A stretch of 64,000 nt of DNA from Octopus sinensis (taxonomy: Eukaryota): assembly GCF_006345805.1 (NCBI RefSeq), contig NC_043015.1, forward strand, positions 19,282,001 to 19,346,000, in the 5' to 3' direction. Each line of letters starts with the position of its first letter. The stretch's first letter is position 1. Shown here piece by piece: positions 1-11,010 of the stretch. The notes beneath the pieces were generated by a model. The model ran no database searches and had not been told where the DNA came from. It was given only the letters and a program-made list of their open reading frames with translations. Both the position numbers and the translations under genes were made by a program.

Positions 1-250
1 ATGTTGAAACTCCAGACTTTATCAGAAGCTCTCAAAATCAACTTCATGAAATCAAAATGCATATGATCCAATAATGTAGCACAAGGCCAAATAGTGGTGA
101 GAGACAATGAAATTTTAAGAGGTGAAAGGGGCAGGCAGCAAATAAATGACAAGAAGTCTCACACATTGTAAATCTATATAAATAATCAAAATCTATATAA
201 ATAACAAAAATATTTATTTAAAATGCAGTGTAATATAATAAAAAAAATAC

Positions 251-400
251 CTTCATTTGTCGACTTGCAACTATAAATTCAGATGTTGTTTTCTGCCCTT
301 TGTATGAGAAGTAAACACCTATACCAAGGGAGATAATGACGATTGCACTAAATATAGAATAGTCTAGTGTTGTCAGTGTACTGGCACTTTCCATTTTGTT
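251..400 (-). CDS. First coding exon of an SLC5A sodium:solute symporter (SMVT/SMCT, SLC5A6/8/12-like); gene continues off the left edge
   Basis: 394-251 encodes MESASTLTTLDYSIFSAIVIISLGIGVYFSYKGQKTTSEFIVASRQMK, matching the SLC5 TM1 pattern (DY.IF...I...IG.YF...Q.TT.EF..A.R.M). Acceptor ctttgcag lies just before 400 and donor AAG|gtattt at 251/250. The paralogue cannot be resolved. Confidence 0.85.
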
Positions 401-569
401 CTGCAAAGATAGTTTTAAATGCATTTGAATAAAAAATATCCCCAAAAGAAATAAATATTTATTTCTAGTTATTGCAATAGTTTACATACGTTATCATAAA
501 CATGCTGCATGACTTGATTTCAAAATTTTTAAACAATTAAAATAGTTTGAATAAAGGAAAACATTTATA

Positions 570-1830
570 ACAAATTACAATTACATAGTGAAGAAGCTTT
601 CATCCTGCTGATCAAAAAAGTCATCAACAGCAGATATGATGTCGTCATCATTGCGATACTGCTTCCCAGTCAAGTGTTTTTCCTGTTGGGGAACAGATGG
701 TAGTTAGATCAGGCCAAATCAAGAGAATAGGGAAGGTGATCAACTAGTTCAAAACTACAGTCACACATAGCAGTCATTGAAACCAAGGACATGTGTGCTG
801 GAGCATTATCCTGACGAAAGAAGATCCTTTTCATCAGTTTTCCTGGACGTTTGGTGACTGCCTCACCAAGTTGGCATACTACTCTCTATTGATGGTATGG
901 TCATTTTGAAAATCTCTCTATATATAAATGGCAGTTTGTCTGTCTGTGTGTCTGTCAGGTTGTACCCTCACCCTGACCATGGCTTTCAACCGATTCTGAT
1001 GAAACTTGACACACACGTAACCCAATGTCATAATTCAAAACTAACGCAGCGAAAATTTTGAAAAGTTCCCCCAGTTCTGAAAAAAAATCGATAAATTCGA
1101 CATGGGTCGAGAATCTAAGCTTTTTATATGCAACACATTTTCTACAGACTGTCTAAGGGACGCAACTCGACCTTTTTAACTCTCGGAACACGTGGGGTAA
1201 GTATCCCAAAATGTATAAAAATGTACAAAAATGGCAAAAAAGCGGGCAGCAATGTGAGTGACAACAACGAAAAAGTCAAAAGTGACCAAACTGAACAAAC
1301 GAATGGAAAAGGTTCTTTGATGCACACGACAAAAGCGGTTTATAATAAACCAAGAGTTTGCAAGTAGCGTCCGAGGATCCTTAGAGTACATCAAAAATTT
1401 AAGGCAAAACGTTTGGGGTGGTAGTTATAAAGAAAGCGTAAACAAAAAAAGTATTCAAATAACTTGCGGTTGCAGCAGCTATTAGCAGAAGTGGCGGTAT
1501 TGGGGGTAAAGTCTCGAATGTAATTTCTTCCTGGTAGGAATTGGTTGGGTTGAATTATCTATAGCTGTTTGATAGTTATTTGGGAGTGAAGGGAAGACAT
1601 TGCAACCTACACATGCACCTTCGTTCCCTAGAGGGAAAGGACTAGATTGGATTAGTCGTTGCCTACTAGGGGCTCTTACATACCCGGGCAACGCCGGGCT
1701 ATGCTGCTAGTAGTCAATAAACACAATGTCTTTTGCATACCAAATAACTGAGGCCATCACCTTCCCTACAGATGAAATAACCTTGGTTGTCTTTTGAGCA
1801 GGAGAAGAGGGATGTTTCCACAGCATTGAT
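570..1830 (-). mobile_element. Decayed Tc1/mariner transposase fragment, split by a Helitron
   Basis: The minus strand of 570-850 gives a HPPYSPDL-type C-terminus. The sequence resumes after 1711 (tagtcaataaacacaatg, as in the related fragment near 22720). Confidence 0.65.
913..1710 (+). mobile_element. Non-autonomous Helitron
   Basis: A|TC 5' end at 913, GC hairpin cccgg-gcaacg-ccggg at 1683-1698, CTAG|T 3' end at 1707-1710; inserted in an AT dinucleotide with no TSD. Confidence 0.8.
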
Positions 1831-2185
1831 TGTTTCTTTATCTCTGTGAGCAGTCATATATATGTATATATAAATGTGTGGCACACTTCTTCCATCACCT
1901 TATGTGGCTGTGAAGACCACATCTGTAGAAGTCAGTAGGTTGCAACAGAAGCCAAGACTTTACCTCAGAAACAAGTTCATCATCATTCAAAAAGTGCTTC
2001 CCTTTTCAGAAAAGACTACATGGTTGGAAAGCGGTGGAAGTCAGATGGTGTGAGGTCAGGAGAGTAAGGGGGATGAAGAGGGATTTCTTAACCGCAAGAG
2101 TATGCTTTCATTTGGGCAACATACACATTGTGAATTGGAGGAGGTGGTCTCCTCTGGTCAGTATGACATATATGTGCATGAGTCA

Positions 2186-2250
<65 letters not shown>

Positions 2251-2829
2251 TGCATCTATACAAAGGAGTAATTCACCCTCTCTGTAATGCTAATAAGTAG
2301 GAATTGAGACCCACCTCGTTGTAATTAACAATGGATAAATTTGTCTTCTGTGAGTATATAATCCCTCATCATATCTATGGAAATTCATATGGATTAGGTC
2401 ACCTTCTCTGTGATGCTATCAAAACTTTTTTAAAATTCTGTGATAAGACTGTACATCATCTTTAAAGAACTTTAATGAACTTTAGAAATCTGTTTATGTT
2501 AATTAATTATCTACATTACTTCATGAGTATAGCCTCAAACACTAGGATGTCTAGAGAACTCACATGTATTTTAGCTGATGAGTACGGGACTCGTTTATAT
2601 GCTGTAATCTTTGCAACTTTTAATAAAACCTGTCCTTGTATGAAACGATCGTACTAAAAACCTATCCATTCTTGTTGCTTCTTTCTCGCTTATAATCACC
2701 CCACATTACTGTATTGTTAAATCAGTATAGTTTTTTTTGGTGCATCTAAGTTAGGTACCATATTCAAGTAAATTCATTTAAATTAACTTGAATCTTTATT
2801 GCTCTTTGAATATATATATATATATATAT

Positions 2830-3720
2830 AACGGGAAGCTTTATGAAAATAGACAAAAGACGAAGGCAGGTGGAAAACAAACAAACAATTGTATTAGTAT
2901 GGCGCTCAGGAAATATAAATAAAACAAGTCTTTAACGTTTCGAGCCTACGCTCTTCAACAGAAAGATACACAGAGAAAAAAAACACAGAAAGAAGGAGAG
3001 AAAACAATGCGTGCAGTAACTAACAAATCAACATGGCGATCTGATTTCGGCCAGAAGTCAAAGATCAAACATGAGACGCGAGAGCGAAATTAGGGGAGAT
3101 AATAGGGTTGAATGACCTACTCCAACATAAGGGTGTGTGTGTGTGTGTGTATGAGAGAGTATTAGTGCGTATGAGAGGTCTGGACGTGTGTATGTATAGG
3201 GTTGGTGTATGTATTAGTATGTATTAGTATGTATTAGTTGGTGTATGTATTAGTATGGCACATCATATATGATGTGATGTGTAAAGTCGTGTGGTGTAGT
3301 GTGGAGAGAGGAGAAGAGGGGGAGGGGAGGGGGAGGGGAGGGGGAGGAGGAAGGGGGAGGAGGAAAGGAGGGGAGGGGGAGGGGAGGGGGAGAGGGGAGA
3401 GAGAAGGGGAGTGAGGGAGCAGAGGGAAGGGGAAGAGGGAAGGATGGAGGGAGAAAGAGGGAAGAAGGGAAGGGGAGTAGGGGTGAAAGGATGAAGGACT
3501 GAAGAGAAGTAGGGGTCGGGGGGAAAAGTAGGTGAGGAGGGGGGAGAGGGGGGTTAGATGAGGAGGGGGGGAGAGTTGAGACCAAATGGCGTATAAGAGC
3601 GAAGAGAGAAGATTAATTCCTGTTCACGGCGCAAACGGGAATCCGGATGGCCTCTGAGTAAGGACAAACCGAACACAGACAGGTGTTGCAAGGAGTGACC
3701 GGTGGAGCGAGAGAGATAGA
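2830..3720 (-). mobile_element. 3' fragment of a Neptune-like Penelope-like element (GIY-YIG C-terminus, CT-rich tail, hammerhead)
   Basis: ORF 3554-3769 contains GHSLQHLSVFGL...RLRREQELIFSLRSYTPFGLN (GIY-YIG end). HHR-like motif at 2929-2966. (TA)n on both flanks. Confidence 0.75.
2929..2966 (-). ncRNA. Minimal type-I hammerhead ribozyme-like motif with variant core
   Basis: Minus strand reads TCTTT CTGTTGA A GAGC GTAG GCTC GAAAC GTT AAAGA: helix I TCTTT/AAAGA, helix II GAGC/GCTC, palindromic AACGTT. A6 is replaced by U. Confidence 0.65.
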
Positions 3721-3796
3721 TAATACACATACACATAAATATATATATATATATAATACATACATACATATGTCTGTCCGTGTGTCATAGTGAAAA

Positions 3797-6160
3797 TGTA
3801 ACACTCCTTCCCATGTGACTATAAAGTCTGACAGTCAGTCATTGTAGGAGGTCAATAGTAGTTAGAATTGCTGTGCAAGTTCTCAGTTGGAGTCAGTGTC
3901 AGCTACGTGATATATATGAGTTCGAGTTACCATCAAGGTAGACGTTTCAAAGCTATTGTGGAGGAGGATATAAACAATTCATGTAGACAACATTGAAAAA
4001 ACATTTTTTTCACATAGAAAATAAATAATTCATGCGGAAGACATTGAAAAATTTTTCACATGGAGAAATTAAAACTCAACAGAGGAGTGACAAACATTTT
4101 TGTTGTATGTATTTTATGAAAAATTGGTAAAGTTATAGAAAACTTGTTAGAGGGTTTAGTTGAGTTGCAAAAACAGCAACAACACAACAACAAATGTTAC
4201 AGCAACATATGCTACAACTAATGGTAACAAAATTGGAAAATTCATTTTTGCCAGACTATGTAGCAAATGAATTTAAATATGACCCAGAAGACGGAATCAC
4301 TTTTGAGGCATATTACCAAAGATTTGAAGAAATTTTTGAAAAAGAATGCCAAGACTGGACAGACGAAATGAAAACTTGTCTAATTCTGAGGAAACTGGTA
4401 AATAGAGAGAGCATGAGAAATACTGTAACTGTTTATTGCCTAAAAAGGTTTCTGACATAAATTTCACAAACACAGTTGACATTTTATGTAGGATGTTTGG
4501 TGAAAGACATTGTTGTTCAACACATGGAAGTGTTTAAACATGGAGAAAAGTGATGATGAAGACTTTACCACATATACAGGTAGTGAACAGAGAGTATGAG
4601 AGATTTAAACTGGATAATCTAGCTCCAGACTCATCTAAGTGCCTGACTTACTGCTAAAAAGAATGCAGAAGTCAGAACGAAAATTCTTGCAAAACGGGAA
4701 ATGAACCAAGATACAACCATACAGAAACTGTCAGAAGAATGCGTTGATATTAAGAAATCCTGTGCAGAGATTGTTTACAAATAAAACCAGTCTGGAAGAG
4801 CCAGAAGATAGATAAAGTGTTTCACAAAAGACACAATATATATCAAGAGATAAATCCATGTATGGCATGCAGTAGGAAGCATCTGAGAAAAGAGTGTCCA
4901 TTCAAAAGAGTGAAGTGTTTTCATTGTGGAAATACAGAACACATTAAATTGCACTGCAGAACTAAGATGATAAAAGATTGGACCCAATGAGAGAAAATAA
5001 ACAGTTTGTCATCAGAGGAAAAAGTTTGTACAACAAACAGAAAATTCATCAAGGTGAGAATTGAAACCACTAGGGTCAAAATGCAATAAGACACAGATAG
5101 TGACATCACAATCATAAATGAAGAAATTATTTAAATCAAAGTAGCATATGGTGTTACAGGATAGAAATTATATTTCATTGGCGAATGTATTTGCAACTTT
5201 TTGAGGTGAAATGAAAAGGACAATCATTTATGTGTTGAAAAATATCACTGAACCTATTTGGCACAGAATGCACGGAGTTATTAAAAATGTGGGATACCCC
5301 CATTAGTGTTCTCTGTGAAAATGTAGTCAGCATGGTTAAATGTTCAAATGAAGTCGAATAACTGAGACAAAACATTTTTTAATTATTTCCAAATGTTTTT
5401 TTTTCAAAAAAAAGTGAGAATCGCTGTAAAAGAAAAGGCAACACCTGTTTTTAGGCTCAAACAGAACTTGTTGTTTGCGGCATTGGACCAGGCTAATAAA
5501 GAGCTAGAAAGTCTAACTATAATTGACAAAGGTGACCATTCAGACTGAGCAGCTCTAGCGGTTTATGTAAAGAAAAAAATAATAAACTAAGAGTATGTGT
5601 GGACTTTTCAACTGGATTCGATGACTGTTTACTCAAACACAAGTATCCATTACCAAGCTCAGAAGAAGTGTTCCCAAAACTAAATGGAGAAAAATTTTCT
5701 CAAAGTTAGACCTCTCAGAGGAAGATTGCACACACCTTTTAACAATCAATACACAATGTGGATTGTGTAAATTCAAGCGGCTTCCTTTTGGAGTAAAAGT
5801 GACACTTACCATATTCCAATAAATGATGAACACATTATGAGATCAGTGACTGTGTGTCACTTTCAAAGTATATACCTCGAACAAGGCCTAGTACTGCCAT
5901 CTCTAGCCAACGGTTATCCTGTACCAATGAAGAGAAAAAATTCAGAAACCATGGTCAACAGGTACCATTTTAGGCTGAGTGGGAACATTAGCTCCTTTGT
6001 TCAAGGTATAATGATGCAGTTATGCATTGGTAGCCAGCTGGAAAAGATATTTTCCTGGAGCTAAAAAAGGTAGTAATATCGTTTTAATCAGGACTACCAC
6101 TTTACATTGGCAAATAGATTTTACTCTGTAGTACTGTAACTACTTACTTCTCGCTCAGAG
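3797..6160 (+). mobile_element. Heavily decayed Gypsy-type LTR retrotransposon (gag and RT remnants)
   Basis: ORF 4194-4460 (FKYDPEDGITFEAYYQRFEEIF) is typical of K02A2.6-like Gypsy gag. RT remnants (YPLPSSEEVFPKLNGEKFFSKLDL) lie near 5640-5720. Ends are approximate. Confidence 0.65.
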
Positions 6161-6970
6161 ATTTAAAACTAATTATTTTCTTCTCTATGAGATTAGTGTC
6201 TGTGTGTTACTTTAAAAGTAACTGATCTTTAGTCAATGATCAGGAGAAATAACAGCTTACAAGGGTACTGTCATGAACAAAACATAAGTTTAGAAGTGGG
6301 TTTTCATACTCTAGAAATGGCCACTTGTCGCTTGAAGACCAAGCTTGTTCAATCTCTCGAATGAATGAAAACCTTGTGAAAATTCATGATCTGATCATGC
6401 AGCGTCATTGTTGAACAATTGATGAACTTGTCGATATGGCTGGTGTGTCCTGCAGCTCCTGCCAACGAATTTTGAGCAAGGAATTGCCAATGAAAAGCGT
6501 TGCAGCAAAATTTGTGCTTCACTTGTTCACAGAAAATCAAAAGCAGTTATGACTGAATGTGTGTCATGAACTAAAAAAAAAAACAGTTGGAAGTTGATCC
6601 AGACCTATTTTCAAAGGTCATCATTGGGAATGAAAGCTGGTTCTATGGTTACGACCTAGAAACAAAGCAATAATCAAGTCAATGGAAGCATTCAATGTCG
6701 CCACACCCCATAAAAGCACGTCAAGCGAAGTCCTATGTCAAGATGATGCTGATTTGTTTCATTGATGCAAAAGAAATTGTCTACACAGAATTTGTTCCTC
6801 CAGATCAAACTGTTAACCAGACATTTTATTTGGCAGTTCTAAAACACATGCAAGACACGGTGAGACAAAAATGCTCAAACCTGTGGTGAAGTGGAGAGTG
6901 GTGGTTTCATCATGACAAGGCGCCTGCGCACACCACCATGAATATGCAATAGGTTTTTATCCAAAGCTAG

Positions 6971-8818
6971 TGTAGTGATGCTACTGTGTAAGGTTCAGCG
7001 TGCATGCGCAGAATGGGACTACTTCTGGGTGGCCACCGGAAGTCTTCCCCATACGCATGTGCGGGAAACTGACCCTAAGGCACAGTCCACTCACTCACTG
7101 TCTCTGGCCCTTTCAGCCCTCGTGAACAGACGTGCATTTGGTAGTCTCTGAGAACTCTACACTGGCTTAGCAATGGACACGCACCTGCTACAAGTGTCAA
7201 CGGTCCAAGATTCAACGGCACGTTCGTGCCCCGCTTGGACATTTTCCCCCTACGGAGGCCCGTTTTCGCCATGTCCACATCGATCTGGTTGGACCATGGC
7301 CTGTGAGTCGCGGGTTTTCTTATCTGTTAACTTGTGTCGATCGCTTCTCCCGCTGGCCAGAAGCCATTCCGATAGCAGACATTTCTGCTGAGACTGTTGT
7401 GCGAGCCTTCATTTCGAACTGGATTTCCCATTTCGGAGTTCCGTCCAGATTGACCACTGATCGTGGACGTCAGTTTGAAGCTTCGCTATTTCGCGAATTG
7501 TCGTGCATTTTAGGTGTGCATCATATTCACACTACCAGCTATCATCCAGCGTCTAATGGATTAGTTGAATGGTTCCATAGACAGCTCAAGGCCGCTCTTC
7601 GTGCCTCCTCGGATCCACAGTCCTGGATTGAGTTTCTGCCCATTGTGCTTCTCGGTTGTCGCACTGCTGTCAAGGCAGACCTGGGGTTTTCTTCTGCAGA
7701 GCTACTGTATGGTACCACACTGGCATTGCCTGGTACGATGTTGGTGCCAGACACATCCCATCCCCATGATCCGGCGACCTATGTCGCCAGACTGCGTTCC
7801 TATTTTTCGAATCTTCCACCCATGGTTCCCAGGAAACAATCTCCACCATCCCATCTTCCACTGGATATGGACACTTGGTCGCATGTTTTTGTTCGGGACG
7901 ACTCTGTCAAGGGACCACTTGTTTCTCCCTTTAAAGGACCTTTCCGTGTGCTTTCTCGCACACCTAAGGTTTTCACCATTGAAATAAATGGTCATTCGGA
8001 GACCGTTTCCATGGACCGACTGAAGAAAGCATACTTTGAGACGTCTTCATCTTTTGATGACAACTTTGCCACACCCACCTATGCACCTTTAACAACACCT
8101 TCACCTGCACAAACACCTTCACCTGCACAGACACCTTTGCCTTCACTGGCTCCCACAACACCACCTTCGCCGTCAACGGGTACCCCGAGCACACCGTATG
8201 TTACAAGATCGGGCAGAACAGTGCATTGGCCCAAGAAACTCTCAAAGACAATTTATATTTAACTTTCTTTCAAATTTCTTGTTTTTTGTATGACATTGTG
8301 TACCAAATCTTCTGTGGGGATCGGCAAGCCATCTGTTTTTCTGCAGCACCACTACAAATTTTCTTGTTTTCGTACTTCCGCACTCAAGGGGGAGCCATGT
8401 AGTGATGCTACTGTGTAAGGTTCAGCGCGCATGCGCAGAATGGGACTACTTCCGGGTGGCCACCGGAAGTCTTCCCCATTGGCATGTGCGGGAAACTGAC
8501 CCCTAAGGCACAGTCTACTCACTCACTCTCTCTGGCCCTTTCAGCCCTCGTGAACAGAGGTGCATTTGGTAGTCTCTGAGAACTCTACACCGGCTTAGCA
8601 ACGGACCACATCGAATCACTTCAATCAACCAACAAGAAGCAGTACAAAGATTCGGCTGTCGTTTCCCCTCAGAAAATACGTACACCATCACGAGTAATAA
8701 ACAACATTTTCTGTCTTTCCCAGATAACCTGACTTCGTCTGTTATATCTAACTAAATTGAATGTGACGGGATCAGATCGGACACCCCTTCAGGGATACCG
8801 ATTCCAGATCCTGTTACA
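6971..8818 (+). mobile_element. Internally deleted Gypsy LTR retrotransposon (partial 5' LTR, integrase, PPT, 3' LTR)
   Basis: TG...CA termini, CTAG 4-bp TSD (6967-6970 and 8819-8822), PPT aagggggagcca before the 3' LTR (8398-8818). The 5' LTR matches the 3' LTR only to 7178. Confidence 0.9.
7174..8262 (+). CDS. Gypsy integrase (partial HHCC, rve core with D,D35E); no native start codon
   Basis: Open frame WTRTCYKCQRSK...HIDLVGP...TTDRGRQF...SNGLVEWFHR, with 35 residues between the second D and the E. Confidence 0.88.
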   Translation, partial: WTRTCYKCQRSKIQRHVRAPLGHFPPTEARFRHVHIDLVGPWPVSRGFSYLLTCVDRFSRWPEAIPIADISAETVVRAFISNWISHFGVPSRLTTDRGRQFEASLFRELSCILGVHHIHTTSYHPASNGLVEWFHRQLKAALRASSDPQSWIEFLPIVLLGCRTAVKADLGFSSAELLYGTTLALPGTMLVPDTSHPHDPATYVARLRSYFSNLPPMVPRKQSPPSHLPLDMDTWSHVFVRDDSVKGPLVSPFKGPFRVLSRTPKVFTIEINGHSETVSMDRLKKAYFETSSSFDDNFATPTYAPLTTPSPAQTPSPAQTPLPSLAPTTPPSPSTGTPSTPYVTRSGRTVHWPKKLSKTIYI

Positions 8819-9120
8819 CTAGCATGACCCTGCTTACCCACCCTCCTTATTCACCTGATCTTGCTTCCTGTGGCTCCTTTTTGTTCCCCACAAATGAAAA
8901 AGTCCTTAAAGGAAAACGTTTTGCAGATGGAGTAAAAATGACAGAGGCACTAAAAGACAACAGTTCGCAAGAATTCCAGGACTGCTTCAAACAGTAAGAA
9001 ATGCATTTGGACCAATGCATTGCTTCAAATGGAGAATACTTTGAAGTCAGTAAACCTAGAAACATGTAAAACTAAGTGAATAAAATAGTATTCCAATTTC
9101 TTTTGGGTATACCCTCCTAT

Positions 9121-9161
<41 letters not shown>

Positions 9162-9527
9162 CACGGTCACACCGACGATTTACGGACATTTATGTAAGTA
9201 AAATTATGTAATATGTTAACAGTGAAACATGTATGCGAATAATCCATATTTTTATTGCTTTTTCTTTTGTCTTGCTCGATTACGTTTTGGTTGTTTTGCT
9301 GAATTTTTCTTGAGAACATTTCTTATTGGTAAGACCATAGTGGATCTATTTCTAGCATAAGGGTGTCTTCATAGTGGTTTCCCTCTAATATGTATATAAT
9401 ACAATTTTACTGAACCTTCAGTTTTTTTATATGCTAGACCACTGGTGTGAAATCGATGTTAATTAAATTAATATCTAATTTCTCACCCTCATTTTAAATT
9501 TAAATTTAAATTTAAATATATATATTT

Positions 9528-9751
9528 ATAAAATTTTATAATTATGAGTATAATTATAATTAGGGTTCAGCAAAAATTTGCTTCACCACATACTGAAATT
9601 TAGAAATAGTAGTTAAAACAAACTATTTCACTATCAGAAGTAAATCTCCCAGTGAGATAGTTTTAACTGCTATTTCTAAATTTTGGTATGTGGTGAAGCA
9701 AATTTTTGCTGAACCCTAATTATAATTATACTCATAATTATAAAATTTTAT
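9528..9751. repeat. Foldback (long inverted repeat), MITE-like
   Basis: Arms ataaaattttataattatgag...gcttcaccacatac are mirrored around about 9640. Confidence 0.8.
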
Positions 9752-9950
9752 GTATAAGTTTAACGATTATGGTTCTTTTAATATACCGAACTACTTGGTA
9801 AAATTATAATTATTAATTAATTAATTAATTTCACCCTTTATTATTTTATATATATATATATATATATATGGGGCTAAAAACATTAGTAACACCCTCCTTT
9901 ATAGGACCACCACATTTAGTTGGCAAATATATTTTATATATATATATTAC

Positions 9951-10480
9951 AGTTCTATATTTAAGAGATGAGGAATTATGTACATTATTTACATTGTTTA
10001 CATTTGACAGATATTTGTCCTCTTCATGTTTGTTGTTAACACTACGTTTCGGCTGATATGACCTCCAGCCTTCATCAGGTGTCTTGGGGAAATTTTGAAC
10101 CTGGGTTCTCATTTCTAAGGTACTTTTTTTCAATGTTGTTATTATTATTATTATTATTCAGGTCACTGTCTAGAATCGAGCTGGGAATCTTGGAGTTGGT
10201 AGCCCATGCTCTTAACATATGTCGTAGTAGTTAAAAGTGCGGGCTACTAACCCCATGATTCTGAGTTCGATTTCAGGCAGTGACCTGAATAATACTACTA
10301 ATAATAATAAGAAGAAGAACAACAACAACAACATTGAAAAGATACCTTAAGAATGAGAACCCAGGTTCGAAATTTCCCCAAGACACTCAATGAAAGCTGG
10401 AGGGTGCACCAGCCGCAATGTTGTGTTAACAACAAACAAGATGAGGACAAATATCCATCAAATGTAAATAATGTAAATAA

Positions 10481-10483
<3 letters not shown>
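9951..10483. mobile_element. Inverted pair of tRNA-head/(AAT)n/hammerhead modules (non-autonomous, PLE pLTR-derived)
   Basis: Minus copy 9951-~10216 and plus copy ~10216-10483, joined at the tRNA-like 5' ends and inserted in (TA)n. Homologous to 13422-13753 and 15632-15927. Confidence 0.85.
10038..10083 (-). ncRNA. Intact minimal type-I hammerhead ribozyme
   Basis: Minus strand reads GACAC CTGATGA A GGCTG GAGGTCATAT CAGCC GAAAC GTA GTGTT: complete core, extra A after A9, 5-bp helices I and II, GUA cleavage triplet. Confidence 0.8.
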
Positions 10484-10525
<42 letters not shown>

Positions 10526-10807
10526 CAAATTAATAAATAAAACATATGCATACATACATGCATATATGTACATACCTACATTTATATGTATATATACATG
10601 CATATATGGGTACAGGACATACAAAAAACGTAGAACACTATGAGAAACGAAAACATAAAAACAAACACATGGAAACAGACTTTTTCAAACAACAAAAAAA
10701 CAGAGTACAAGACATACAACACAAGGAACATTCCCCTTCTTCAGCTGCTCCTGCTTCGACTACTCCATGTTTCGAATATATATATATATATATATGTATT
10801 TAAATAA

Positions 10808-10853
<46 letters not shown>

Positions 10854-11010
10854 CATACATATACATATATATACATACACACACATATGTATTCATACAT
10901 ATATAAAAGTATTTATATATGCTTGTGAGTGTGTTTGTATATGTATACATGCCTATATATATATATGTACACAGGCAAACATACATGCACACACACACAC
11001 ACACACACAT
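10480..11010. repeat. Compound (TA)n/(CA)n/(TACA)n microsatellite region
   Basis: Visible directly; explains the low-complexity ORFs here. Confidence 0.9.

Larger units (their letters stand above)
6260..9118 (+). mobile_element. Decayed mariner element interrupted by a Gypsy insertion
   Basis: Remnants of the catalytic domain (II.GNESWFYGYD.ETK, MLICFID, HHD.APAH) at 6350-6960. HPPYSPDLAS resumes at about 8835. TIR-like end near 9100-9118. Confidence 0.7.
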
